In this document: positions 47,970 through 57,225 of the stretch, piece by piece | Layout: every line of letters begins with the position of its first letter | How positions within the stretch are numbered: the stretch's first letter is position 1 | From: a candidate division FCPU426 bacterium | GTDB lineage: Bacteria; Oederibacteriota; Muellerivitia; Muellerivitales; Muellerivitaceae | Length of the DNA stretch: 64,000 bases | Assembly: GCA_963771075.1 (NCBI GenBank) | Contig: CAVYSE010000011.1 | Span: forward strand, 160,001-224,000 | Direction of reading: 5' to 3' | Position numbers and translations under genes: made by a program | The notes under the pieces: model-generated | Databases searched by the model: none | What the model was told of the DNA's origin: nothing | Seen by the model: only the letters and a program-made list of their open reading frames with translations

Positions 47970-50248
47970 CGACGGTAAGCCAGCACTTTCCTGGTTTGGG
48001 TGGAGAAGGGGGTCTTGAGGGTGATGAGGTAGAGTCCGGTTTCCACGGGTTGGCCATTGTCATCCCGACCGTCCCACTTCAAATAGCCCGAACCGTTCAG
48101 GTTTCCATTGTAAAGGGTTCGAACCAGGTTTCCCGAGATGGTATAAACCTTCACCTCCGCTTGGCTTTCACCGTTGAGGACGTAGGAAATTTCGAGTGGG
48201 GAAGCGGTCAAAATATTGAAGTTATTGGTCGTCAGAAAAAAACCGGCCGGGGTGGTGGTGGCCGTCGGGGTAAAGCTGGGAGTGGGGGTGTAGGTGATCG
48301 TGGGGGAATTGGTGATGGTGGGAGTCAGGGTGACCGTGGGCGTAATCGTGATGGTGGGAGTCAGTGTGATCGTCGGGGTGAGGGTGATGGTAAGGGTAGG
48401 CGTGTAGGTGGGAGCCAAGCCAGCCAAGTCGTTGACCAGGTTCGTCCCGGTGGGACTGCCCCAACCGGTCGCCAGGTCGAATCCGCTCACGGCGGTATAG
48501 GGACCCGATTTGGAAGGCCAAAAGTAAAAATTGTTGCTTCCATCCTTAATGTCGTGGAAATCATTGGCGTAGGACACCGGGCTTTGGCCGATGGCGTAAA
48601 CGGCTGGATTGATATAACCGATGTTTTTTCCAGCGGCCGCGGCCTGCTGGTTCGCGACAGCCAGGAAGGCCGCCCAAAGGGGCGAGGCGCAGCTGGTTCC
48701 CACGAAGGGTCCGGTAGCGCCGTTTTCCGAATAGACCATGACGTTGTAAGCCACCATGGAAATGTCGGGAAAGTTCCGTGCCGTGGTGGATCCGCCATTG
48801 GTGGTCATGGAAACGTGGGATTGATAAGAGGGAATGGATAAATAAAGGGTTCCGGAGGAAAAGCAAATCCCCCCACCGCCCGCCAAATTGCCGGTTGAAC
48901 CGGACGTACATTTGATGCTGGAGTCATAGCCGTCATTCCAAGTCGTTTCAGAGGCCCAGGTAGGAGTGGAACCGGTGGTGGTGACCATGGTGCCGCCCAC
49001 CAAGGCCTCATATTGGCTTTGATAAAGGCTTGGGTCATCCGCCACGGTGTTGTTGGCCGAATCTCCGCAGGAGTCACCGGGAAAGCCGGTGGAGACATAG
49101 GAGCCATAATCTCCCGCGGCCTCGAAATAAGCCTGGCCCTTGGCGGCCAGCTCGTTGAACAGGGTGGCGATGTTGGAATCCCCATAGCCGCCCCAGGAAC
49201 TGCTGATTTGTTTGCAAGTGCCGTCGCTCAGGATCTTGGCGAGATTATCAGTGGCTCCCGTCGTGGTATTGTCATCCGGGGAGGCCTCATAAACCACCAC
49301 CTGCGCCCCCGGCGCCATGGAGATGACCATCTCGATATCCAGCGAGACTTCATCCGTGTCCGAGGCGTAGACCGGGGTTCCGTGAAAGCTGTTGAAAGGG
49401 TCCGTCACGACCACTTTCGGGGTGGGTGCGGTAAAGGAAGGAGCGGAGTTATTCTCGTAGCTGGTGATATCCGACTGATAAAAACCGTCATACTCAAACA
49501 GAGCCACCGATTGTCCCGCGCCATATGTCGTCGAGCCTGGAAGATAAATATCCCGAAAGTCCCGGCCTTGATAAGCCCCCCCGGCGCCCGTGCCCGACTT
49601 GAACCCGCCCCAGGTTCCCGTCTTTCCCGGTTTGGACATTCTTTTCAGTTTGGGGAATAACTTGTGATAGTTATTCAAGCCTGTGATGTGTTGGATGGGA
49701 ATCGCCAGGTCGGGGGTGGGATCGGTGTCGTTGGCGTAAAAGCGGCTCCCGTCCGGCCTTTGGTAATAATTCAGGTTTACATGGAGGGCTTTTCGGATAT
49801 CCGCCGCCCTTCCCGTGACGTCCAGAATTTGCCGATGGGAATAGGTTCCTGTCACGGTCAAGCCTTGGGATTGGAAAAAACCGATTACCGCCTGGTAGTC
49901 GGATTCGGAGGGCCCAAATCGCGCTGTCAGTTCATCGTTGGTCAGAAAATGTCGGTAAAGCGGATCGGATGGGTCATAAAGCCGGGTTAGGAGAGTGTCC
50001 AGGTCCTGGGGATTCCTGAGGGGAAAACCGATGGCCAGATGGAGGACCGCTCCATCCTCCACCGCGCTCAGCTTGGGCAGGCTGGAAATCTCCTCCAGTA
50101 CGTGGCCCGACAAGGCGGGTCCCCCCCACAGTTGAAACGGCATGGCGAGAAGAAGCGCTCCCCAGAGGATGTGGACGAAGGGGGGGGGAAAGGAGGAGGG
50201 GCCGGACAAATTGCTTTTAGGTTTTAAGGTTACGAACATTCTCCCCAT
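47966..50248 (-). CDS. S53 (sedolisin/kumamolisin) peptidase with P/T linker and FlgD/T9SS-like C-terminal domain
   Basis: Pro-domain, E..LD (DEVSLDIE), AAGD, PDIS, GTSCASP, GFDL.TGWGSP; WDGRDDNG..V..GLY, TRKVLAYRR. Confidence 0.9.
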   Translation of the reverse strand: MGRMFVTLKPKSNLSGPSSFPPPFVHILWGALLLAMPFQLWGGPALSGHVLEEISSLPKLSAVEDGAVLHLAIGFPLRNPQDLDTLLTRLYDPSDPLYRHFLTNDELTARFGPSESDYQAVIGFFQSQGLTVTGTYSHRQILDVTGRAADIRKALHVNLNYYQRPDGSRFYANDTDPTPDLAIPIQHITGLNNYHKLFPKLKRMSKPGKTGTWGGFKSGTGAGGAYQGRDFRDIYLPGSTTYGAGQSVALFEYDGFYQSDITSYENNSAPSFTAPTPKVVVTDPFNSFHGTPVYASDTDEVSLDIEMVISMAPGAQVVVYEASPDDNTTTGATDNLAKILSDGTCKQISSSWGGYGDSNIATLFNELAAKGQAYFEAAGDYGSYVSTGFPGDSCGDSANNTVADDPSLYQSQYEALVGGTMVTTTGSTPTWASETTWNDGYDSSIKCTSGSTGNLAGGGGICFSSGTLYLSIPSYQSHVSMTTNGGSTTARNFPDISMVAYNVMVYSENGATGPFVGTSCASPLWAAFLAVANQQAAAAGKNIGYINPAVYAIGQSPVSYANDFHDIKDGSNNFYFWPSKSGPYTAVSGFDLATGWGSPTGTNLVNDLAGLAPTYTPTLTITLTPTITLTPTITITPTVTLTPTITNSPTITYTPTPSFTPTATTTPAGFFLTTNNFNILTASPLEISYVLNGESQAEVKVYTISGNLVRTLYNGNLNGSGYLKWDGRDDNGQPVETGLYLITLKTPFSTQTRKVLAYRR
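48251..48410 (-). repeat. Thr/Pro tandem linker (T-x-T-P-T units) in the S53 gene
   Basis: TPTLTITLTPTITLTPTITITPTVTLTPT... Confidence 0.8.
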
Positions 50249-50427
50249 CCTCCCCCAAAAAGTAGTCTTTTAGCCGATAGCCCGCTTGCTTGATTTAAAG
50301 AATACCTTAAAGAAGGGGCGGTTGTTCTTTTTGAATAGTTAAATAACAAATATTTTCAGGTTTTTTACACTTTAAGGGACGGTTTTTTCAAGGGATTTCG
50401 GTAAGGGGAAATCAATGGGAACGAGGC

Positions 50428-52574
50428 CTATATCTTCCATTTGAGGCTGGCCCGCAGGGCCAGGGGCTCCACCGGGTGGAACATGTTGTCATACACTCCT
50501 TGCGATGGTTCCCCCGGCAACCGGCTTATGTCCCAATAGGTGATGTCGTCGGATTGGGCATTGAAGAGGTTGAAAATCGCGATCGCCAGGGTAGCGTCGC
50601 CATGGGTGTATTCGGCCCCAGCGTTGACCAGCGACGTGTCATGGGAATAATGGTCGCCTGTCTCGTCCGATCCCAGGAACCGGGGCCCAAAATAGCGCAG
50701 GCGTATCTCGAATTTGAAGTCTCGGGGAGCCTTCACGCAAAGCCCGGCGCTGGCCACATCGGCCACCGCCTCAGGGACGTTGGTGCCGTAGGTGGCGGTA
50801 TCGAAGTAATGGGCCTGGCTGGTGGAAAGGTCCGCGTCCAGGATCAGCCAATCGAGAGGCCGCCAGTCGTTGGCCCATTCGATCCCGATGCGGCGGGTTG
50901 CTCCGGAGGCGTCTGTGGTGCCGTCATCCCCGTTAAAAACCAGTTCCGAATCCAGGTCCAGCATCCAGAGGGAAACGGTGCTCCTCAAGTTGGGGATGGA
51001 CTCGCACCTTATGCCGAACTCGGCGCCCCGGGACTGCACCAAGGGCGGGTAGAGGGCCGCGTCGTTTGCCTGTGTCACGGGCCCTCCGTTTTGTGTGGTC
51101 ACGTCCCAGTTCTTAACCGTGCCCCGCGCGTCGTTGGAATGGTAGTCGAAGCCGCCGCTTAAGTAGAACTCGGTCTCGCCCCAGGGGCCGAAAACCAGGC
51201 TTCCCTTGGGGCTCAAGAGCGCCCCCGTGGCCAGGCCTGAGTTGCCCGGCACGTTGGCATTGATGTTGTACCGTACCGCGTCGCCCCGCAGCCCTAAGGT
51301 GGACCGGAACCAATCGCTCCAATGGGTGAGGTTGGAAACGTAAAGGCCGCCACTGAGCAAATTCACCTGGTCGTCCGAATCCGTGGAGAACCGGACCCGG
51401 TTCTCGGTGTTGTAAAGCCCGATATGGAGGAAGTCATTGCGGATTTGGAACCCGGCGGTCGTGCGGGAATCGGCGCCAAATAGTTCGTGGCTCCAAGCCT
51501 GAACCACTTGTCCGCCCAGGATGTTGCGATCATCATATTGCTCGAACTGGTCGCCCTGTACCGGGTTGTTGTAGTAGAGGGAAAAGTTGCTGAAAAGGTC
51601 GAGATAGCTCCTGACGTAATAGGCCTGCACGGTGGTGCCCGCCGAGGGGCTGTTGTCCCGCCATTCACCCGAGAGGCTCAGACGGTAGCTTTTCCCTCCA
51701 TCAGTGGGGCTGAAGCTCCCAAACCGGTCGATCTTCCCTTCCTCGACGGCCCTTGCCGGGATCTGGTTGGTAGCATTCCAATCACCCTCGTAACCCAGGG
51801 CGGTCAAATCCCATCCCTTTTGGGCGTCCCCCGAACCGTAACGAAGAAGGCCGTTGTATTTACGGTAGTTTTCCGGAACATCCCAGGGCCCGTCCATATG
51901 CTCGGTTTCCATGGCGTAAACTAGGTTGTCAGACCCGAAGCTGGAGCTGTCCGCCGCCACGGCGCGCTGGTATCCGAAATATCCCGAGGTGACGTCGGCC
52001 AAGCCGTGGGGGAGACTGCGGAAGGTTCGAATCTGCGCAGCGCCCGCCGAGGAAAAATCCCCATCCTCAGCGTAATAGGGGCCCTTCTGGTAATTTACAC
52101 TCTCGACCAGTTCAGGGATCATGAAATTAAGGTCCATGTAACCCTGCCCATGGGCCTGGGTGGGTAGGTTGGCTGGCATCCCGTCGATCCAGGTGGCGAA
52201 GTCGGTGCCGTGGTCCAGGTTGAAACCGCGCAGGAAGTACTGGTTGGCCTTGCCGTCGCCCGAGTGCTGGGTGACGATCATGCCCGGCACGTTTTCCATC
52301 ATCTCGCCGGGCCGAAGGAGCGGGCGATTGGCCAGGTCGTCCTGCCCCACGAAGCCCTCGCTGGCGGTGTCGGCCGTGCCGACGAGGTTCAAGGATTTGC
52401 CGATCACCAAAACCTCGGGCAATTGCACGACAGGTTGGGTCGAAACCGGAGTGGCATCAGGGCTGGGGGTGGGAGTAAGGGTTTGGGAGCATGCCGGCCA
52501 ACCTAGGCCTAAAAAAAGAGAATCAACGATCCTTTCGCAAATAAAGTGAAATCACGCGTCGCTTGAAAACCCAT
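50428..52574 (-). CDS. TonB-dependent receptor (probable Ni uptake), frameshift in T7 tract of the signal peptide
   Basis: PG..VTQHSG.GKANQYFLRGFNLDHGTDF, KGPY, NLFN; ATG 52574 joins the main ORF if T7 at 52511-52517 is T8. Confidence 0.85.
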
Positions 52575-52588
52575 CGCGCTTCTCTTTG

Positions 52589-52615
52589 GTATTAAAATTA
52601 TTAAAAACGTAATAC
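52589..52615. promoter_or_regulatory. NikR operator-like palindrome GTATTA-N15-TAATAC
   Basis: Perfect half-sites with AT-rich spacer, just upstream of receptor ATG, within the nikR cluster. Confidence 0.8.
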
Positions 52616-52631
52616 TACTTAAGCAAAAAAA

Positions 52632-53672
52632 TTAAGCCTCGGTCTTCTCGAAACCTTGGAACCGGTAGATCAGTATCGATAAAAGCCACCCCACTACAAA
52701 AACCCCTACGACCACGAAACCAAAGTTGGTGAGGTCGTCGTTCAAGGACTCGATGAGGCCAAAAGCCCCGCCATGAAGGTTGAGCTTGTCGGCGATGAGC
52801 CCCAGGGCCTCCAGGGAGCCGATCAGGAGCGCCACCAGCACCGAGAGGGAAGTGAGGGTCAGGTTGTACCAGAGCTTCCTCAAGGGGTGCACGAAGGCCC
52901 AGCCATAGACCCCCGTCATGATGACGCTGTCGGACGTATCCACCAGCGACATGCCCGCGGTGAACAGGACGGGAAATATCATGGTGCTCCCGAAGGAGAA
53001 CCCCTGGGCGGCCTGGGAAGCCGCGATGCCCAAAAGGCCGATTTCGGTGGCCGTGTCAAACCCCAGCCCGAACAGGAAACCCACCAGGTACATGTGGCGG
53101 CTTTCGGAGACGCTGTTCAGGAAGGGCTTGAAGATGCGCGACAGGAAACCCCGGTCCCAGAGCAGGCCGTCGAGTTCCTCCGCGTCGCTGGACTCGCCCC
53201 TTTGCTCCCGCCGGAAGGCCCGCCAGATGCTCTTGAGCACGAAAAGGTTGGCCAGCCCGATGGCGACCAGGAAGAAGGCAGAGACCGCCGTGCCCAAGAC
53301 GCCCCCGATGGCCCGAAAATGTTCCAGGCGGTCATGGGAGAGCCCGATGGCGGCGGCTAGGGCCGCCGAGGCCAGGAGGACAATGGTCGAATGCCCCAGC
53401 GAAAAGAAAAAACCGACCGAGATGGGCCGCCGACCCTCCTGCATGATCTTGCGCACGACGTTGTCGATGGCCGCGATGTGGTCCGCGTCCACCGCGTGGC
53501 GAAGGCCGAAAAGGTAGGCCAGGAAGGCCGTGCCCAATAAAGCCGGGCTGTGGGCGAAGGCCGTGAAGGCCCAGGCCCAGGCCCCCAAGTTGAAGACCCC
53601 GAGCCAAAAATAGAGCGTAGTGGTCTTGGCCCGGGTGTCCTGGGGTTGGTCATCGAATAAGTTGAAAAACAT
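52632..53672 (-). CDS. HoxN/HupN/NixA-family nickel/cobalt permease (NiCoT)
   Basis: GLRHAVDADHIAAID, FSLGHS, GFLFGLGFDTATE. Confidence 0.93.
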   Translation of the reverse strand: MFFNLFDDQPQDTRAKTTTLYFWLGVFNLGAWAWAFTAFAHSPALLGTAFLAYLFGLRHAVDADHIAAIDNVVRKIMQEGRRPISVGFFFSLGHSTIVLLASAALAAAIGLSHDRLEHFRAIGGVLGTAVSAFFLVAIGLANLFVLKSIWRAFRREQRGESSDAEELDGLLWDRGFLSRIFKPFLNSVSESRHMYLVGFLFGLGFDTATEIGLLGIAASQAAQGFSFGSTMIFPVLFTAGMSLVDTSDSVIMTGVYGWAFVHPLRKLWYNLTLTSLSVLVALLIGSLEALGLIADKLNLHGGAFGLIESLNDDLTNFGFVVVGVFVVGWLLSILIYRFQGFEKTEA

Positions 53673-53709
53673 GTTTTGTTTCCTGTTGGGGGATCCTTGG
53701 GAGAGGAAC

Positions 53710-54126
53710 TTATCCCAATTCCTTCCCGGTGGTTCCCAGGGATAGGGTGGCGTGAAGCACGCCCTTTTCCTGGCGCATGTGATCGAACAGGTGGCGGATG
53801 TCGTCCGCTTGGCCCCTGATCATGATCATTTCCGCGCATAGCTTTTCATCCAGGTGCACATGGGTGGAAGCCAGTACCTGGGCCGGGTGATGGTGTTGCA
53901 TCTCGATCAGCTTTTCGGACAGCTGTCGCTTATGGTGGTCGTAAAGCAGGGACACGGTGCCCAAGGCCTCGCCTTTGCCTTCCCATTCCTGGTCGACTTG
54001 ATGGCCCCGGATCAGATCCCGGATGAATTCGGAACGGTTGGCGTAGTTCTTTTCCTTGATCAGGCGCTCAAATTTTTGGGCCAGGGATTTTTCGATGGAA
54101 AAGCTAAAACGGTGTAGATTCGCCAT
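53710..54126 (-). CDS. nikR: Nickel-responsive regulator NikR
   Basis: RFSFS..NRSEFIRDLIR ribbon-helix-helix; YDHH, QH, HVHL..C.E; RBS GGAGG. Confidence 0.95.
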   Translation of the reverse strand: MANLHRFSFSIEKSLAQKFERLIKEKNYANRSEFIRDLIRGHQVDQEWEGKGEALGTVSLLYDHHKRQLSEKLIEMQHHHPAQVLASTHVHLDEKLCAEMIMIRGQADDIRHLFDHMRQEKGVLHATLSLGTTGKELG

Positions 54127-54182
54127 GGAATGCCTCCGAAGAACTCGCACTCAAGATTAAGGGTTGAGCCTTTCGGATGAGC

Positions 54183-54196
54183 ATGACCGTAGTCAT
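54183..54196 (-). promoter_or_regulatory. Crp/Fnr-type box ATGAC-CGTA-GTCAT upstream of nikR
   Basis: Exact match; TAATCT on - strand at 54159-54154. Confidence 0.7.
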
Positions 54197-54218
54197 ACGA
54201 TTAATTTATTTTTCATAC
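54192..54218 (-). promoter_or_regulatory. NikR operator-like GTATGA-N15-TATGAC, overlapping the Crp/Fnr box
   Basis: GTATGA half-site as in the E. coli nik operator; same 15-bp spacer as 52589-52615. Confidence 0.65.
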
Positions 54219-54246
54219 TTTTTTGTATGGGGTTATTTGACAATTT

Positions 54247-55200
54247 TTAAAAACCGTAAAAATTCAGGGAAGTGCCAAGGTCGAAACCCGTGAAGTCGAG
54301 GGTGGCGTAATGCTCACCGCTGGCGGCTTGGATGTTGGAAACCGGGTCGATATCCACCACGCCCTGGGTGTTCGCGGCCAGTCCGAACTGCCCTTGGGTC
54401 GCGCCGGAATCCAGCAAGGTTCCCTGCAGGTTGGATAAGCGCGCGTACCTGCCCCGGGCGATGAGGGATAAGCCCAGGCTGGGCCCCAAGGCGAATTCCC
54501 GGCCGATTCCAACCTGAAAACCCACAGTCGCCGATGCCAGGTTCCCGGACCAGACATCCGTGGGGTCGCCTCCGGTGTTGGTGTTGCTTCCGAAAAGGTT
54601 GGCGCTGGTAGTGGTTTGGCTGACCCGTACATTGGCCAGGTATAGGCCCGTACCGGCGGTAAGGAAAAACCGTCCGCCTTCATCGGGAAGGAAATAATAG
54701 TAATCCAGCGTAATAGGAATGACGGTGGGAAGCACCGTTAAGCTTTCGGTATCGGGGTTCGAGGGACCGTTGGGATAGGTGAGCTGGCCCAAAGTTTGGT
54801 TGTTTTGAAGGTAATGGACTCCCAAGGCGATGCCGTCGCGGGTGTCCAGGAGCAAGCCCATCTCAAAACCCAAATCCAACCCGTCGTGGCTGGCGGTGAC
54901 GGTTCCGGTGTATGCCCCCAATCCCGCGGGGTTCACGTAAGACTGGCTGTTGATCGGTCCCACACTATTGACCAGGTCTCCTTGGAGGGAATAGTTATAC
55001 CCGGCCTCGAAGCGGGTCCATATCCGGGCGTGGTCAATGGGAGGCAGATGATCTGAAAAGGCAGGGTTGGATATGGCGGAAACCGCCAAGCTATCGGCAG
55101 CCGAAAGGGTGGGAACTGGCGTGGCCGTGGGTTCCGGCTCCTCCGCCCATAGACAACCGCATAAACCGAGGGCCAGCGATAGAAGAATGGTTTTATCCAT
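54247..55200 (-). CDS. Outer-membrane beta-barrel hypothetical protein
   Basis: Signal peptide, PTATP linker, amphipathic strands, C-terminal F. Confidence 0.65.
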   Translation of the reverse strand: MDKTILLSLALGLCGCLWAEEPEPTATPVPTLSAADSLAVSAISNPAFSDHLPPIDHARIWTRFEAGYNYSLQGDLVNSVGPINSQSYVNPAGLGAYTGTVTASHDGLDLGFEMGLLLDTRDGIALGVHYLQNNQTLGQLTYPNGPSNPDTESLTVLPTVIPITLDYYYFLPDEGGRFFLTAGTGLYLANVRVSQTTTSANLFGSNTNTGGDPTDVWSGNLASATVGFQVGIGREFALGPSLGLSLIARGRYARLSNLQGTLLDSGATQGQFGLAANTQGVVDIDPVSNIQAASGEHYATLDFTGFDLGTSLNFYGF

Positions 55201-55211
55201 AAAAATCCCCA

Positions 55212-57215
55212 TTAAAAGCTCACCGTCGTGCCGATCTCAAAATACCGCCCCGGCATCAGCAAGCCCTGCAGGGTGGCGTACTGTTCGTTCAGGATATTCT
55301 TGAGCGACAGGAAAACCTTTTGGTTCGGGGCGAGATTAGTTTTGAAATCCGCGTTCAGGATGGTATAGGAGGAAGCGACAATCAGGGTCGGGTTGTCCTG
55401 AAAGCCCGTATAGATGGCCGGATCTCGGTCCACGAACTGGCCGTCAAGATGGATCTCCGTGTTTTGGGGAAACTTCAAGGCAATTCCACCCACCGCCTTT
55501 TGCCGCATGCGGGCGGGAATGAGTTCGTTGGTTTGTGTGTTCCGGGAATCCACGAACGTATAACTGGCATAGGGGGAAAGCCAGGAAGACAAGTCGAGGT
55601 TGAGGCTTGTCTCAAAGCCCAACACCCGGGCCTGGGGCACGTTGGTGAAAGACCAATAGGGCGCGTTTTCCAACAGAAGGGGTGAATAAAACTGGATTTC
55701 GGCGGGAATAATGAGATTGTTATAAAAACTGGCGAAGCCGCTGATCTTGAACGAGACATGGTTCCAGCCCCAATCGGTTCCCGCCTCGAGATTGACCGAA
55801 CTTTCCGGCTGGAGATTCGGGTTGCCCGTTTCCCCATCGCCAAGTTCGACGGGAAGATCCAAGAGTGAATAATCAATTTCGGGGTGGTAAAGTTCGTCAA
55901 AATCCGGATAGCGGTAGCCCGTTCCCGCCCCAAAATAAACATCCTTTTCAGAAGTGAATTGGTATCTCACGGTTCCCTCGGGGTTGAATACCGCCAAGCC
56001 ATAGCTGTTGTACCAATCCAGCCTTCCGCTGTAGCGAAAAGAAAGGGATTGGGTAAAGTCCAACTGGCCTTTGCCGGAAAAGGAAGTCACGTCGTTTGAA
56101 CGCACACCATCCCCCAAACTCTCGGTGCCTTGTAGGTTCTCGCTCCGGAACTCAAACCCGAAGGTGAGGGAATGGAACCAGCTGTCCCATTGGGCGGAGC
56201 CGGTGGCCAGGAAGTCGTAGGTGTTGTAGGTATTCTCGTCCACGGGAGGAACACCGGAGGCGTTGTCGGCTCCCAATGGGCTGAGACGGTAAACGTAGGA
56301 GTAGTTGTAGGAAAAGGCCGGGTTGAAGCTCCATTCCCCGAGGGCGCGTTGGTCGCTGGCCGAGACGACGAAGGCCTGTTTTTTCTCGCGGTCGTCCGTG
56401 TCAAAGACGCCCGTGTCCAGGGCCGCCAGGCTGTCCCCGTTGGGCGCGCCTCCGTTTTTGTAAACGTAATTCGCCGTCAGGGTCAATTGGTCCGCGCCCA
56501 GGCGGAGGCGCGAGGAATGGTCCACCTCCCAGTTGACCAGGTCGGTATTGGCGGTGTAGCCGTTGGTATTGAACCCATTGCCGCTGAGGGAGCCCTGCCA
56601 GGGGCCTAATTTCCAGTCCCCCGTGGATGCGTGGGCCTGATAGGTGCCGAAATCCCCCACGGAGGTTCCGAAACTGCCGCCCTGGCTTTGGACGTGGGTG
56701 ATGATGTTGATGACCCCGCCCGTGGCGTCCGGGCCGTAGGCGAGGGCCTCCGGCCCCTTGATGATCTCGATGCGCTCGATATCCTCCGTCGGGATCATGG
56801 CCAGGTCGAACCCCTGGTTGGTCCTTTGCCCGTTCAGCAAGACCAGGGTTTGGTTGGTCGCGGAGCCGCGGATGCTGATATTGGCGAAACTTTTGGCGAT
56901 GCCCAATCCCTCGGTCTCCAGGCCGGCTTGGCTGTCCAGGAGGTCCGCCAGGCGGCTGTCGGCCTTGAGGGAATCCAGGCTGGGGCCTTCCAACACGTCG
57001 CCTGGAGCCTTATTCGCGTAAACCTCGATCTCGTTCATGGTGTAAATGGGGACTGGGGGGGTGACAAGGGGGGTAGGGGAAGACGTGGAAAAAATAGGGG
57101 TTGGGGTGGGAACGGAACTTTGACCTTGGACAACGGATGTGGACAAAGAGATAACAACCAAAAGAATAATAAATTTAATGTCTTTGAATGTTTGAAAAGC
57201 CATGAAATCGTTCAT
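55212..57215 (-). CDS. TonB-dependent receptor (BtuB-like architecture)
   Basis: SIRGS, VLLNG, IERIEIIKGP..YG..A.GGVINIIT, GNPNLQPE, NILNEQY..PGR, terminal F. Confidence 0.88.
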   Translation of the reverse strand: MNDFMAFQTFKDIKFIILLVVISLSTSVVQGQSSVPTPTPIFSTSSPTPLVTPPVPIYTMNEIEVYANKAPGDVLEGPSLDSLKADSRLADLLDSQAGLETEGLGIAKSFANISIRGSATNQTLVLLNGQRTNQGFDLAMIPTEDIERIEIIKGPEALAYGPDATGGVINIITHVQSQGGSFGTSVGDFGTYQAHASTGDWKLGPWQGSLSGNGFNTNGYTANTDLVNWEVDHSSRLRLGADQLTLTANYVYKNGGAPNGDSLAALDTGVFDTDDREKKQAFVVSASDQRALGEWSFNPAFSYNYSYVYRLSPLGADNASGVPPVDENTYNTYDFLATGSAQWDSWFHSLTFGFEFRSENLQGTESLGDGVRSNDVTSFSGKGQLDFTQSLSFRYSGRLDWYNSYGLAVFNPEGTVRYQFTSEKDVYFGAGTGYRYPDFDELYHPEIDYSLLDLPVELGDGETGNPNLQPESSVNLEAGTDWGWNHVSFKISGFASFYNNLIIPAEIQFYSPLLLENAPYWSFTNVPQARVLGFETSLNLDLSSWLSPYASYTFVDSRNTQTNELIPARMRQKAVGGIALKFPQNTEIHLDGQFVDRDPAIYTGFQDNPTLIVASSYTILNADFKTNLAPNQKVFLSLKNILNEQYATLQGLLMPGRYFEIGTTVSF

Positions 57216-57225
57216 TTAAGGAAAG

